Shown here in pieces: positions 50,886 through 61,874 of a stretch of DNA of 64,000 nucleotides; position 1 is the stretch's first letter, and every line of letters starts with the position of its first letter. Made by a program: the position numbers and the translations under genes. The notes beneath the pieces are model-generated. The model made no database searches. It was not told the DNA's origin and was given only the letters and a program-made list of their open reading frames with translations. This DNA comes from Alphaproteobacteria bacterium (GTDB lineage Bacteria; Pseudomonadota; Alphaproteobacteria; GCA-2746255): assembly GCA_965249135.1 (NCBI GenBank), contig OZ252220.1, positions 288,001 to 352,000 of the forward strand, given 5' to 3'.

Positions 50886-51380
50886 ATGATTTCGGCCCTG
50901 TTTCTTGATCAGGTGACGGTCGTTACGTTTCTGGCGCTGCTTACCTGGGCCGCGGTAAGCGATTATTACAGCTACCTCATTCCGAACCGTATTTCCGTGG
51001 CAGTGGCGCTGCTGTTTGTTGCTCACGCCATGGCCGGCGTTCCGGCCGTGGATTGGGCGGGCGCCCTGATCACCGGGGGGACCGTCTTTCTGGTCGGTGC
51101 GACGATGTTCGTCTTTCGGCTGATCGGCGGCGGCGACGTGAAACTCTTGTCGGCCGTCTCGCTTTGGGCCGGCCCGGTACAGATTGTCGACCTCCTTCTC
51201 ATAACGCCGCTGGCGGGCGGGTTGATCTCACTTGCCATGATGACGACGCTTCGCCTCTATCGGCCGGGCCCGGTGGAGACGATGGCCACCCTGCCGCGAT
51301 TCGACATACGCAAGCAATACATCCCTTATGGCGTTGCGATCGCCGTCGGCGGCTTCTATGTCGGCGCGCGCCTTCTGTGA
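50886..51380 (+). CDS. cpaA: Prepilin peptidase CpaA/TadV
   Basis: SD..IPN, GGGDVKL, IPYGVAI. Confidence 0.92.
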   Translation: MISALFLDQVTVVTFLALLTWAAVSDYYSYLIPNRISVAVALLFVAHAMAGVPAVDWAGALITGGTVFLVGATMFVFRLIGGGDVKLLSAVSLWAGPVQIVDLLLITPLAGGLISLAMMTTLRLYRPGPVETMATLPRFDIRKQYIPYGVAIAVGGFYVGARLL

Positions 51381-51401
51381 CGGGATAGGGGAGGCCGATC
51401 G

Positions 51402-52262
51402 ATGGCAAGCATTCTCAGCCTCATCAACTTGCGGAGCATCGTCTTAATCATACTTGCGGTCGTTCTTTCGGTCGGAACGGCGCTTTTTGCGCGTGGTTGG
51501 GTCAACGCGGAACGTGCCGCCCTTGCCGCGCAATCGCGGGCGAATGAATCGAAGTTTCCCGCAAAGGAAATCCTGGTTGTCGGAGAGGATCTTCCGGCCG
51601 GTTCCTTCGTCAAACCGAAGCAGCTGCTTTGGCAGCCGTGGCCGGAAGAAAACCTTATGCCGGTCTATATCGTGAAGGGAAATGCGAAACGTGAGGATTT
51701 TGTCGATTCGGTTGTGCGTAGCGGGATCACCGCCGGCGAGCCGATTACGGAAGGACGCGTCGTTCGCCTTGGCGATCGGGGCTTCCTCACCGCGCTCCTC
51801 ACGCCGGGCATGCGGGCGGTCACGGTGGCGATCAATGCGACCTCCGGCATCGCCGGCTTCATTTTCCCAGGTGACCGGGTCGATCTCATCCTCACCCATG
51901 CGATTCGCTTGAATAGGGGCGAAAACGGAACTCTGAAACGGGCGAGCGAGACCGTCTTGCGCGACATCCGGATCCTTGCCGTCGATCAGCGAACGGATGA
52001 CCAGAACGGCGAGGTCGAGGTCGCACAAACCGCAACGCTTGAGGTGACGACAAAACAGGCGGAGATAATCGCCATGCTGACGGAGATGGGCAAGCTCTCC
52101 TTAAGCCTTCGCAGCTTGGCGGAAAATGGCCAGGCGGCGGTGAAATCTCAGCAGAAATGGCGCAGCTACACGTGGGATAGCGAGGTCAGTCCTCTCATCG
52201 GTGGGATAACGTGGCCCGTCACCGTGACGCGTGGGTCGGAACAGAAAGAAGTTCGGTTTTAG
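51402..52262 (+). CDS. cpaB: Flp pilus assembly protein CpaB
   Basis: SAF domain, PGMRAVT, GFIFPGDRVD, LAVDQ. Confidence 0.93.
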   Translation: MASILSLINLRSIVLIILAVVLSVGTALFARGWVNAERAALAAQSRANESKFPAKEILVVGEDLPAGSFVKPKQLLWQPWPEENLMPVYIVKGNAKREDFVDSVVRSGITAGEPITEGRVVRLGDRGFLTALLTPGMRAVTVAINATSGIAGFIFPGDRVDLILTHAIRLNRGENGTLKRASETVLRDIRILAVDQRTDDQNGEVEVAQTATLEVTTKQAEIIAMLTEMGKLSLSLRSLAENGQAAVKSQQKWRSYTWDSEVSPLIGGITWPVTVTRGSEQKEVRF

Positions 52263-52273
52263 GGCGACGACGA

Positions 52274-53725
52274 ATGTTACGTACGTTCCTGGCAACGGTT
52301 TTTGGGCTTCTCATCTTTGCGGCAACGCCGTCGGCGCTTACCGTCTTTGCGTCCGTGAATGCGGAGTTCATTCCGGCGCTTGATCAGCCGGTCGGGCTCG
52401 AGGTCAACGAAGGCAAATTGATTCGCCTGCAGAAGAACGCATCCTCCGTCTTCATCGCGAATCCAGAAATCGCCGATATTCAGGTGAAATCGCCGAAGAT
52501 CGTCTACGTCTTCGGAAAACGGACGGGCGAAACAACGCTCTATGCTGTCGACGAAGGCGGCAATCTGCTCGTTAATTCGAAGATTCATGTGAGCCACAGC
52601 CTGGCACGGCTTCGGCGCGCCATGCGCGACCTCCTGCCGGGAAGCCCGGTTCAGGTGACGTCCTTGGAGGGGGCGCTCGTGGTGAGCGGCGAGGTGGCCT
52701 CTGCCGTCGATGCCGAAGAGGTTCGCCGCCTGGCGGCGCGCTTTGTCACGGAAGAAGACGAGCTCATCTATCGCGTCCGTGTCACCGGGCCCAATCAGAT
52801 CAACCTCCGGGTTCGCATCACGGAGACCCAGCGCGAGGTCATGAAGGAATTCGGCATCAATTGGGACATCATGGGCACCGGCGGTGATATCGCGATTGGG
52901 CTTGCCACCGGCAATCCGATTGTCGCCGGCGGCGCCTCGACGATTGCGAACGCGGCGAGCCGTGCCCAGGCCTTTAGTACGAGGCAAAGCTTCGGACAGA
53001 CGACGACGAACAGCGTGTTTGGCGCCGTTTCAAGTGGCGGGCTCGATCTCAACTCGTTGATCGATGCGCTCGAAGATGAGGGGTTGATGACCGTGCTGGC
53101 GGAGCCGAACTTGACGGCCGTTTCCGGTGAAACGGCAAGCTTCCTCGCCGGTGGTGAATTTCCCATCCTGGTGCCGCAAAACGAGGACACGATTACGGTT
53201 GAGTTCAAGAAGTTCGGTGTCAGTCTCGCCTTCACGCCGACCATCCTCGACGATTCCCGGATCAGCCTTCGCGTCCGTCCTGAGGTCAGCCAGCTATCCA
53301 ACAACGGTGCGGTGATCTTCAACAATATCAGCATTCCGGCGCCGACGACGCGGCGCGCGGAAACCACGGTCGAACTCGGCAGCGGCCAGACCTTTGCGAT
53401 TACCGGCCTGTTGCAGAACAACCTCCAGAACTCGGTCAGCAAATTCCCTGGACTAGGCGATCTTCCGATTATCGGCGCGCTTTTCCGCTCATCTAGTTTC
53501 CAGCGAAACGAGACGGAGCTTGCCATCATCGTGACGCCTTACCTGGTTCGTCCGGCGTCTTCCGGCAGGATGCTGGGGGCGACGGACGGACTCGCGATGC
53601 CGTCCGATTTCGGGCGCATCGTCGAGGGCGAGCTCTTCCGCGAGCAGCCGCCGGAGGCGGGCCGCGAAGTCGACCGGTCGGTGAAACCGCGGCTGGTAGG
53701 CCCGGCCGGCTTCTCGATGGATTAG
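52274..53725 (+). CDS. cpaC: Secretin CpaC/RcpA
   Basis: FIANPEIAD, LAEPNL..SGETASFLAGGEFP, PIIGALFRS, IIVTPYLV. Confidence 0.93.
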   Translation: MLRTFLATVFGLLIFAATPSALTVFASVNAEFIPALDQPVGLEVNEGKLIRLQKNASSVFIANPEIADIQVKSPKIVYVFGKRTGETTLYAVDEGGNLLVNSKIHVSHSLARLRRAMRDLLPGSPVQVTSLEGALVVSGEVASAVDAEEVRRLAARFVTEEDELIYRVRVTGPNQINLRVRITETQREVMKEFGINWDIMGTGGDIAIGLATGNPIVAGGASTIANAASRAQAFSTRQSFGQTTTNSVFGAVSSGGLDLNSLIDALEDEGLMTVLAEPNLTAVSGETASFLAGGEFPILVPQNEDTITVEFKKFGVSLAFTPTILDDSRISLRVRPEVSQLSNNGAVIFNNISIPAPTTRRAETTVELGSGQTFAITGLLQNNLQNSVSKFPGLGDLPIIGALFRSSSFQRNETELAIIVTPYLVRPASSGRMLGATDGLAMPSDFGRIVEGELFREQPPEAGREVDRSVKPRLVGPAGFSMD

Positions 53726-53756
53726 GAGGGTGGGCATGGATTCGATTTGAAAGGCG

Positions 53757-54395
53757 ATGGCGCGCCTTCTTACAGGCGCTCTTCTCGGTGCCTTGGCCGC
53801 CTGCGTGTCGGTGACGGAAGCCGACCTCGCCGTCAACGAGACCCCGAAGAAACTGGAGGTCGAATGGTCCCGGATGACACATCTCGTGGACTTTAAACCA
53901 CGCGAGGCCGCCCTTGCCGAGGATACGAAGGCAGAACTTGTCGCCTTCCTCGAGCGGAACTATTCGAGCCCGGACGATCTCATCCTTATCAACCCCGGCA
54001 AGGCGTTCGGCGACAAACGGCCCCTCTTCAAAACACGAGGAAAGGCCGTCCAGAATTTCCTTGCGGACCTCGGCTACGCCTCGGAGGTGGTGCCTTCGAA
54101 TGCGGAGGTCGAGAATTTCGTCATCGTCGCGGTTGAGCATTACGACGTCCGACTCCCGGCCTGTCCGGATTGGCGGAAGAATCCCCCGCTAACGAACGGG
54201 GTGTGGAGCAATTACGGCTGCACGGATGCGGTGAATTTGGGACGGATGCTCGCCCATCCGCGGGACATGGTGATCGGACGCGAACTTGGTCCGATGGATG
54301 GCACTACGGCGGCGTCCGCTATTGAGCGGTACCGTAAAGGCGAAGTCAAAGCACTCGAAATAGAAGAAACATCCGAAGATGAAAGCGGCAACTAA
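53757..54395 (+). CDS. cpaD: CpaD family pilus lipoprotein
   Basis: Lipobox LAAC, CPDW, NYGC..NL..M.AHPRD. Confidence 0.88.
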   Translation: MARLLTGALLGALAACVSVTEADLAVNETPKKLEVEWSRMTHLVDFKPREAALAEDTKAELVAFLERNYSSPDDLILINPGKAFGDKRPLFKTRGKAVQNFLADLGYASEVVPSNAEVENFVIVAVEHYDVRLPACPDWRKNPPLTNGVWSNYGCTDAVNLGRMLAHPRDMVIGRELGPMDGTTAASAIERYRKGEVKALEIEETSEDESGN

Positions 54396-55593
54396 CACGG
54401 CTGTGAAACCTGCACAACGTCCGGACGCCGAGCCTTTCCTCGCGTTCGTTGTGGATGACGTCACGCGCGAAACGCTCGACCTTCTTGCGAAGCAGGAGCA
54501 ATGGCCGGGAACACAGATCTTTTCAGGCGGCATTGCGGCGGCGATCGAGGCGTTGGAATCGCGCTCCTCGCCAAAACTGCTCGTCGTCGACCTCGCGGAT
54601 TCGGATGAGCCTCTGGCCGACGTGCACCTCCTGGCCGAAGTGTGTGACGCCGAGACGACGGTTATTGCGATCGGAGTCACGAACGACGTGCAGCTGTTCC
54701 GTTCGCTTCTTGATGCCGGCGTTGCCGATTATTTGGTCAAGCCGGTTACCTTCGCGGCATTTCAGAATGCGATCCGGGTTCTTTCCAACACGCGAACGGA
54801 AACGGAGGAAGGCGGTTCGGGCAGGCTGGTGACGATCGTCGGCGCGCGCGGCGGAGTCGGCGCCAGCACGCTCGCCGTAAACAGCGCGTGGCTGATCGCC
54901 CATGAGCAAAAACAGCGCGTAGCCCTTGTCGACGTCGACCTTCAATTCGGCACGGTCTCCCTTTCCCTGGATCTTGCGCCGAGTCGGGGTTTTCGTGAAG
55001 CGCTCGAAAATCCGGAGCGGGTCGACGACCTTTTCGTCGCCAGCGTTCTCGTGACGGAAAGCGAGAACTTGTACGTCCTTGGTGCGGAAGAGGCCCTTGA
55101 TGAGGACCTCGCCTTCGACCCGCGGGGGCTTCACCGTATGATCATGGAGCTCCGGCGCAATTTTGAATGCATCGTGCTCGATCTTCCCCGTGTCTTGGTG
55201 CTCCGCTATCGGGAAGTCCTCGCCGACTCCGCTGCGGTGGCCGTTGTCACCGATTTTTCGCTCGCCGGGATGCGGGATACGGTGCGGCTCCGTTCCCTGA
55301 TTCGCAACGCCGCTCCCCGGGCCAAACTCTCCATCATCGTCAACCGCGCCCGTCCGGAAGACGGAAGCGACGTGCCGAAGAGCGCCTTCGAGGAGGCAAT
55401 CGAGGTACCGATCGATGAAATCGTTCCCTATGACCGGAGGGCCCTTGCTCTTGCCAACCGGTCCGGAAAGCCGGTGCCGGCCGTCATGACGAACAGTCCG
55501 GTCGCAAAAGCCTACCGCGCAGTGGGCAGGGTGCTCTCCGGCGTCGAGCCCGTCGCCGAATCCTCTTCCTTCATCCGAATGTTGAAACGATGA
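54379..55593 (+). CDS. cpaE: CpaE/TadZ (receiver-like + MinD-like ATPase)
   Basis: DYLVKP, GARGGVGAST, DVDLQFG. Confidence 0.9.
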   Translation: MKAATNTAVKPAQRPDAEPFLAFVVDDVTRETLDLLAKQEQWPGTQIFSGGIAAAIEALESRSSPKLLVVDLADSDEPLADVHLLAEVCDAETTVIAIGVTNDVQLFRSLLDAGVADYLVKPVTFAAFQNAIRVLSNTRTETEEGGSGRLVTIVGARGGVGASTLAVNSAWLIAHEQKQRVALVDVDLQFGTVSLSLDLAPSRGFREALENPERVDDLFVASVLVTESENLYVLGAEEALDEDLAFDPRGLHRMIMELRRNFECIVLDLPRVLVLRYREVLADSAAVAVVTDFSLAGMRDTVRLRSLIRNAAPRAKLSIIVNRARPEDGSDVPKSAFEEAIEVPIDEIVPYDRRALALANRSGKPVPAVMTNSPVAKAYRAVGRVLSGVEPVAESSSFIRMLKR

Positions 55594-57308
55594 AAACGCG
55601 GTCTTTTGGAAAACGCGGGCTGGCGACGGTTTATTCGCTAAGCGAACTGCGGTTGATCGAAGGCGACACAGGCAGGCAATCGCCGATCATTGCCCCGTAC
55701 GAGAAGAAGGCAAATACCGGAAAAGAAGTCATCGAATCCTTTCCGCAAGCCTCGCCCAATCTTGAGGACTTTTTTCTTCGTCTGCGGCCGATCGTGCGGA
55801 AAAACATTGCCGATGCGGCCAAGCAGGGCGCGCCACGCGGCATCCTGGCCGGAAAGATCGAGGAAATCGTCCAAGAAGGCAAAGGGGACGAAGACGGGGA
55901 AAAGACGATCGATGCACGCAACCTTGTCACCCTTCTTCTGAACGACCTCCTTTCCTTTGCAGGTGTTGCGCCCTGCGGCTCAACCGACAGAAGGGACAGC
56001 GGAGAGGGTAAAACCGCGCCTCCCGCCTCGAATCGTTCGCCCGCCTCGAATCGTTCGAAAGTCGAAGGGGCGAACCTTTTGGTCCGGCCGGTGCTGCTCG
56101 ATCGCCTCGATGCCGCGGCCGCGGCCGAGCTTCCGCGCGGCGAACTTGCGACGCAGATCGAAGAAGTGCTCGGCGAAATCCTCCGGGAACATGACATCCG
56201 CCTCAATCAGCTTGAACAACGGGACCTGGTCACCTCGCTTGTCAACGACATGATGGGGCTTGGCCCGCTGGAGAAGCTGCTGGCCGACGAAACCATCACC
56301 GACATCATGATCAACGGCCCGGACCAGGTCTTCGTGGAACGCCGGGGCAAGCTCGAATTGACGGATGTCGCCTTCCAAAACAACGCCCATCTCATGAACA
56401 TCGCCACCCGGATCGTGACCAGGGTCGGCCGGCGAATCGATGAGGCCATACCGCTTGTCGACGCCCGTCTCGAAGACGGAAGCCGCGTCAATATCATCAT
56501 TCCGCCGCTTGCGATCGATGGCCCCTCCGTGTCGATCCGTAAATTTTCAAAAAGGCGGTTGACGCTTGAGACGATGGTCTCACAGAAAAACGCGTCCAAC
56601 GAAATGGCGACCCTTTTGAAAATTGCCTCGCGTTCGCGATTGAATATCTTGATTTCCGGAGGTACGGGATCGGGGAAGACGACCCTTCTGAATGCGCTTT
56701 CGGCGACGATCGATCCCGGAGAGCGAATCGTTACGATTGAGGATGCGGCCGAGTTGCGACTCCAGCAACCTCACGTGGTTCGGTTGGAGACCAGGCCATC
56801 GAATCTTGAGGGCCAAGGCGAAATCATGATGCGGGACCTTGTCCGCAACGCGCTGCGCATGCGGCCGGACCGCATCATTCTTGGCGAAATTCGTGGGGCC
56901 GAAGCGGTCGACATGCTGCAGGCGATGAACACCGGTCACGAAGGCTCCATGTGCACGATTCACGCAAACCGTCCGCGCGAGGCGCTGACCCGTCTCGAAA
57001 ACATGGTGGCGATGGCAAACGTGAATCTGCCGGCACGTGCCGTCCGCAGCCAGATTGCCGAAGCGGTCGATCTCATCGTCCAGGTCAGCCGCATGCGGGA
57101 CGGCGTCCGCCGGATTATCAACATCATGGAAGTTGTCGGCATGGAAGGCGAGGTCATCACGACTCAGGAACTGTTCCGGTTCGACTTCGAGGGCGAGGGG
57201 GACGACGGCATCTTGCGTGGCAGCTTCCGCTCGACCGGGACGCGGCCACACTTCCTGCCGAAGGCCGAGTACTACGGTCTTGGCCGGGCGTTGATGGAAG
57301 CAGTGTGA
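55590..57308 (+). CDS. cpaF: CpaF/TadA ATPase
   Basis: [36 protein letters not shown]. Confidence 0.95.
   Translation: MKTRSFGKRGLATVYSLSELRLIEGDTGRQSPIIAPYEKKANTGKEVIESFPQASPNLEDFFLRLRPIVRKNIADAAKQGAPRGILAGKIEEIVQEGKGDEDGEKTIDARNLVTLLLNDLLSFAGVAPCGSTDRRDSGEGKTAPPASNRSPASNRSKVEGANLLVRPVLLDRLDAAAAAELPRGELATQIEEVLGEILREHDIRLNQLEQRDLVTSLVNDMMGLGPLEKLLADETITDIMINGPDQVFVERRGKLELTDVAFQNNAHLMNIATRIVTRVGRRIDEAIPLVDARLEDGSRVNIIIPPLAIDGPSVSIRKFSKRRLTLETMVSQKNASNEMATLLKIASRSRLNILISGGTGSGKTTLLNALSATIDPGERIVTIEDAAELRLQQPHVVRLETRPSNLEGQGEIMMRDLVRNALRMRPDRIILGEIRGAEAVDMLQAMNTGHEGSMCTIHANRPREALTRLENMVAMANVNLPARAVRSQIAEAVDLIVQVSRMRDGVRRIINIMEVVGMEGEVITTQELFRFDFEGEGDDGILRGSFRSTGTRPHFLPKAEYYGLGRALMEAV
56022..56057 (+). 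repeat. 18-bp in-frame tandem duplication in cpaF (PASNRS x2)
   Basis: CCCGCCTCGAATCGTTCG twice. Confidence 0.9.
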
Positions 57309-58304
57309 TGGGCACGCTTCCCGCCAGCGACGAATTCTTGATGTTGGTGGCGCTCTTCGGGGTGGGTGGCGCCCTGATGGTGATCACGCTTGCCTTCACC
57401 GCGATACGCGCGCGCGCGTATCGGGCGTCGGATCGAAAAGATCAACCGCCGTCTCGAGGTGGAGAGCCCGGATGAGCCGAAACTCGGATTCCGGCGAAAC
57501 CAAAACTATAGTTCCATCGATGCCTTCGATCGGCTGCTTCGGCGCTGGCTTCCGAATCCGGCCATGTTGCAGATGCGTCTTAAGAAAACGGGCAAGGAAA
57601 TCACTCCCGGCGAGTACGTCCTCGTCTGTGTCGTGCTGATGGCGGCGGTTTCCATTCTTTCTGCAAAAGTGTTCGGGTTTCCGCTGCTGCTTTCGTTTTC
57701 GGCGGGGATTTTTATCGGCATCGGCCTTCCTCATCTCGTCCTGAATCTACTGATCGCAAGGCGAGAGAAACATTTTATGGCCCTTTTTCCGGAAGCGATC
57801 GACCTGATCGTTCGCGGGCTCAAGTCCGGTTTGCCGGTCTCCGGCTCGATCGCCACCGTAGGGAGCGAGATCGCCGATCCGGTCGGTACGGAATTTCGCC
57901 GGATCGATGAACATATGCGGATGGGACAAAGCCTGGACGAGGCCCTGCAGAGGGCGGCGAGCCGGATCGATACGGCCGAATTCAAATTTTTTGTCATTAG
58001 CCTTGCCGTGCAACGGGAGACGGGCGGCAACCTGACGGAGACCCTGGAAAACCTTTCCGACATTCTTCGAAAGCGCCGCCAAATGAAATTGAAGGTGCGG
58101 GCCATGTCGTCGGAGGCAAAGTCCAGCGCCTACATCATCGGCTCGTTGCCGTTTTTGATGTTTGCCATCCTTTATCTGTTGAATGGCTAATACGTGATGA
58201 AACTCTTTATCGACCCCCGCGGAAAATTTCTGCTGGGGATCGGCCTTGCTAGCATGGCGATCGGCGCCCTTGTGATGATGAAGATGGTGAGGTTTCGGGT
58301 CTGA
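57308..58304 (+). pseudogene. tadB: TadB, frameshift plus nonsense codon
   Basis: Frame change at or near (CG)6 57407-57418; TAA at 58188-58190 followed by in-frame YVMKLFIDPRG...; QRETGGNL motif. Confidence 0.88.
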
Positions 58305-59280
58305 TGACGTTCGACCTTATACCCTTTGGAATGGCGCCCGAGGACTTCGTCGCGCTGCTTGCCGCCGCCGCCGCAATGGTGAGCGTGATGGCCGTTTGGT
58401 ATGGATTGATTGCCCGCAACTCGATGACGGCACGCATTCGCGGCTTGCTAGCACGCCGTGATGAACTTCAGGCCGGATTCTTCGCCGCACCACGCCGCCA
58501 TGAATCACGCGAGTTCGGGGTGGGCATGATGCGTAAGGTTGTGAAGCGACTGAACCTGATGCGCTCTGCCAAGGTTGATCAGATCATGCGGCATCTTTCA
58601 AAAGCGGGCTGGCGCCGGCGCGATGCCCTCGTCATCTACCTGTTCGCAAAGGCGACCCTGCCGCTCGTCTTCGGGGCCGTGGCCGCCTTTCTGATCTATG
58701 GCGTCGGAATCTTCGGGCCGGGCTCCATGACGAATCTGATGTTTGCGATTGGTGCGGTGGTGGTGGGGCATTCGCACCGGAACTCGCCGTGAAGAACCGG
58801 GTCCGGCGGCGCAAGCAGCAGGTCCAGATGGGTCTGCCCGATGGCCTCGATTTGATGGTGATCTGCACGGAGGCGGGATTGAGTTTGGATGCGATGCTCG
58901 AACGGGTCTCGCGCGAACTCGCGCTTTCCTGGCCCGAGCTTGCCGACGAACTGGAGCTGACGGCCGTTGAGCTCGGCTTTCTGCCCGAGCGAAAACAAGC
59001 CCTCGATCACCTGGATGCACGGACCAACCTGAAGGAAATTCGCGGACTCGTGAACATGTTGGTCCAGACGGAGAAGTACGGCACCCCGCTTGCCCATTCC
59101 CTTCGGGTGCTGGCAAAGGAGTTCCGCAACGACCGGTTGATGCGGGCGGAAGAAAAGGCGGCCCGCCTGCCGGCGATCCTGACCGTGCCGATGATCCTCT
59201 TTATTCTGCCGGCACTCTTTATCGTGCTGATCGGGCCCGCCATCCTCAATGTGATCGACGGCTTCGGGGGTCTGCAATGA
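58304..59280 (+). pseudogene. tadC: TadC, frameshifted
   Basis: Adding one G to G4 at 58765-58768 joins the two ORFs (VVGAFAPELAVKN); LPDGLDLMVIC.EAG and AEEKAARLP motifs. Confidence 0.88.
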
Positions 59281-59309
59281 TTGGGCGTCCGGCTTCTGGC
59301 GCGCCGAAA

Positions 59310-60185
59310 TCAGTCACCCTTCGAGGCGGCCGCCGTGGCGTTTGCCTCGGCGTCACCTCCCATGGCGGCGTTCGCCTTGGCGGGACCCGAAAGCGTCTGC
59401 AGGTAGCGGTAGTAAGCGACATTGTTTTGGACCGCCGTCTCCTGCAGATCGATGCGGCCGACCCTCGCCGCCGCGTTAAAGTCACCGGCGAGGCCATGGG
59501 CAAGGGCCAGGTTTTGCCGTTCGCGGGGCGTGGCTGCCGGATCGTCGGCAACCTCCTTCAGAAGCGCGATCGCGGCGTCGTATTCCCCGGCAAGCGCTAT
59601 CGAAAGCCCGAGATTGTTCCGGACGGAGAGGCTGGCCGGTGCCAAGGTCAGCGCTTGCCGGTAATGGGTCTGCGCGCCCTTATGGTCACCGATGCGATCA
59701 AATGCCACGCCCATGCCGTTGAGGGCAGAAATATCCGCCTTGTTGAGCCGGTGGATTTTTTCGAATTCCTTGTAAGCAAGTTCCGGCTGATTGAGAGTAA
59801 GCAGCGTGTTGGCGAGCTCACGCAGCGCGCGCACCTGCTTCGAATCAATCGCCAGAGCCATGCGGAAGGCTTCCACCGCGTCGCGTTTGGGGCCCATCCC
59901 GTTCAGCGTGGTCCCCAGCTCGACGAGGGGTTCCACGCGCTCGGGCTCGAGAAGATGCGCGCGACGGTAAAGGGTTGCGGCCGAAGAAAGGTTCCCGCCC
60001 GCGCGGGTATTGCCGGCGATCCGAAGCAGGGTATCCACCGATGTCGCCTCTGCCTGTGCGTTCATCGGCGTGTGAGGCCCTTCACTTCCGTTCAAAGCGC
60101 AAGCCGCAACGAACAGAACAAGGCCCATCACGCCAAGAGGCAGAGCTCGGCAAAGGTGCAACCGGAAATTTTTTATCCAAGGCAT
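59310..60185 (-). CDS. TPR lipoprotein, TadD-like
   Basis: Lipobox VAAC, TPRs, NNLGLS, RQNLALAHGLAG. Confidence 0.85.
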   Translation of the reverse strand: MPWIKNFRLHLCRALPLGVMGLVLFVAACALNGSEGPHTPMNAQAEATSVDTLLRIAGNTRAGGNLSSAATLYRRAHLLEPERVEPLVELGTTLNGMGPKRDAVEAFRMALAIDSKQVRALRELANTLLTLNQPELAYKEFEKIHRLNKADISALNGMGVAFDRIGDHKGAQTHYRQALTLAPASLSVRNNLGLSIALAGEYDAAIALLKEVADDPAATPRERQNLALAHGLAGDFNAAARVGRIDLQETAVQNNVAYYRYLQTLSGPAKANAAMGGDAEANATAAASKGD

Positions 60186-60232
60186 GCCATGGGAATCCTA
60201 GCGCGCCCTCCCTTGCCGAATGGTAAACACCG

Positions 60233-60817
60233 ATGCTGAAAATTCCTGAAATTATCCGCGATTTCCAAGGTTTGCGTTGGCGAGAGCAAGGCTCGACCGC
60301 GGTCGAGTTTGCCTTTGCGATGCCGATTCTTGCCGCCGCCCTCGTCGGTCTCGTCGAGCTGGCCATGATTATGCTTGTCACGACCTTGATGGAAGGCGGT
60401 TTGCGCGAGGCATCCCGGTTCGGTGTCACCGGATTCGAGCCGGCGGGCATTACCCGCGAACAGCGCATCCTCGATATTCTCGCCGAGCATACGATCGGTC
60501 TGGTCGACATCGGGCAGGCGGAGATCACGACCCTCATCTATCCCGATTTCGATGGCATCGGAGATCCGGAGCCCTACACGGACGACTCGCCCGCAAACGG
60601 CAGCTATGACGTAGGCGAGGGTTTCGTTGACGTGAACGGCAACGGCCAATGGGACGAGGATATGGGCGCCGCCGGCGCGGGCGATTCCGGCGACATCGTC
60701 GTCTATCGGATTACCTATGACTGGGAGATGTTGACCGGTCTCTTGGATGCCTTCATCGGCCAGAACGGTGCGATCCAGCTTACGGCCAGCGTGGCCGTCC
60801 AGAACGAACCTTTCTAG
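60233..60817 (+). CDS. TadE family pseudopilin
   Basis: G|STAVEFA, C-terminal NEPF, acidic DVNGNGQWD insert. Confidence 0.9.
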   Translation: MLKIPEIIRDFQGLRWREQGSTAVEFAFAMPILAAALVGLVELAMIMLVTTLMEGGLREASRFGVTGFEPAGITREQRILDILAEHTIGLVDIGQAEITTLIYPDFDGIGDPEPYTDDSPANGSYDVGEGFVDVNGNGQWDEDMGAAGAGDSGDIVVYRITYDWEMLTGLLDAFIGQNGAIQLTASVAVQNEPF

Positions 60818-60826
60818 GGGGCGGGA

Positions 60827-61365
60827 ATGCACGGACTTTACCACATCGGGAAAGATCGCCGGGGAGCGATCCTCGTCGAAATGGCGTTCGCTATACCGCT
60901 CTTGCTCGCCATGATTCTGGCAGGCACCGAGCTTGCCCGCTACATGCTCCTGCAGCAAAAGCTTGATGCGATCGCCATCACGACGGCCGATTTGGTCTCA
61001 CAACGCGAACAGATTTCCGCAGCAACCGTCGATCAGATCTTTGCGGCGACAGACCACATCATCGCGCCCTTCACCTTTGGTGCGAATGGTGTCGTTATCG
61101 TGACATCCGTAGCGCCAATGGCGGCAGCGGACCTCAGGTCGACTGGCAGCGGGCAGGTGGTGGCATGCTAGCCGTGGGCAGCGCGGTTGGATCACCGGGC
61201 GGGGCGGCAACCCTTCCGGCCGTTTTTCTGGTGCGGGATGGCGAGAACGCGATTATCGCGGAAGTGTTCTTCAATTACACGCCCCTGCTGCAAACGGCAT
61301 TCCTTTCCGATTCGCAAGTCTATCACCGTTCGTTCTTTCGCCCGCGCTTCGGCTCCTTAAGCTAA
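60827..61365 (+). pseudogene. TadE/TadG family pseudopilin, frameshifted
   Basis: G|AILVEMA; 1-nt frameshift near 61110, continuing ..VDWQR..AEVFFNYTP..FFRPRFG. Confidence 0.85.
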
Positions 61366-61388
61366 CTGCAATAGCCTGCCTTCAAAAA

Positions 61389-61791
61389 CTAACGCCGGAT
61401 GGCGGATCGTTCGGCATGCGCGCGGCTGATGGCCTCACTGACCTGTTTCTTCGTGAGATGCTTCGCCGAATGACCGCATCGCCCGCTCACCCTCCTTACG
61501 GCCGTTCTTGTGGGCCAGGAAGAACCACTTATAGGCCTCAACAACATCCTGCGGCACGCCCTCGCCGCGTGCATACATACGACCGAGATTGTATTGCGCG
61601 GCACGGTGCCCCTTCGCGGCCAGCGGGCTCAGATGCGAATAAGCGGTGGCGTAGTCCTTCTGCTGGTAGGCGTAGATGCCGGCCGCAAAGTCCCCCGGCG
61701 GCTGTTGGGCCACCAACGGTGAGGCAAAGAGGCCCCACGCGATAGCGGGCAGGACGAGGAAACTTAAGGCACCGGTGCTATGCATCCGCAT
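61389..61791 (-). pseudogene. Small secreted Sel1-like repeat protein, C-terminal frameshift
   Basis: AQYNLGRMYARGEGVPQD..AYKWF; the typical tail AKHLTKKQVSEAISRA is in another frame after ~61470. Confidence 0.75.
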
Positions 61792-61874
61792 GAGGGTAAA
61801 CCGTTCCTTAACGTGGCGTTTAGATTGCCTCTGAATCATAGGAAAAGCCACTGGAATCAAGATACTCCTTTGCC

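Noticed and set aside
35572-58304. Stop-codon reassignment or programmed read-through explaining in-frame TAA/TAG
   Set aside because: All three stop codons end normal genes in this window, and the same genes also carry frameshifts.
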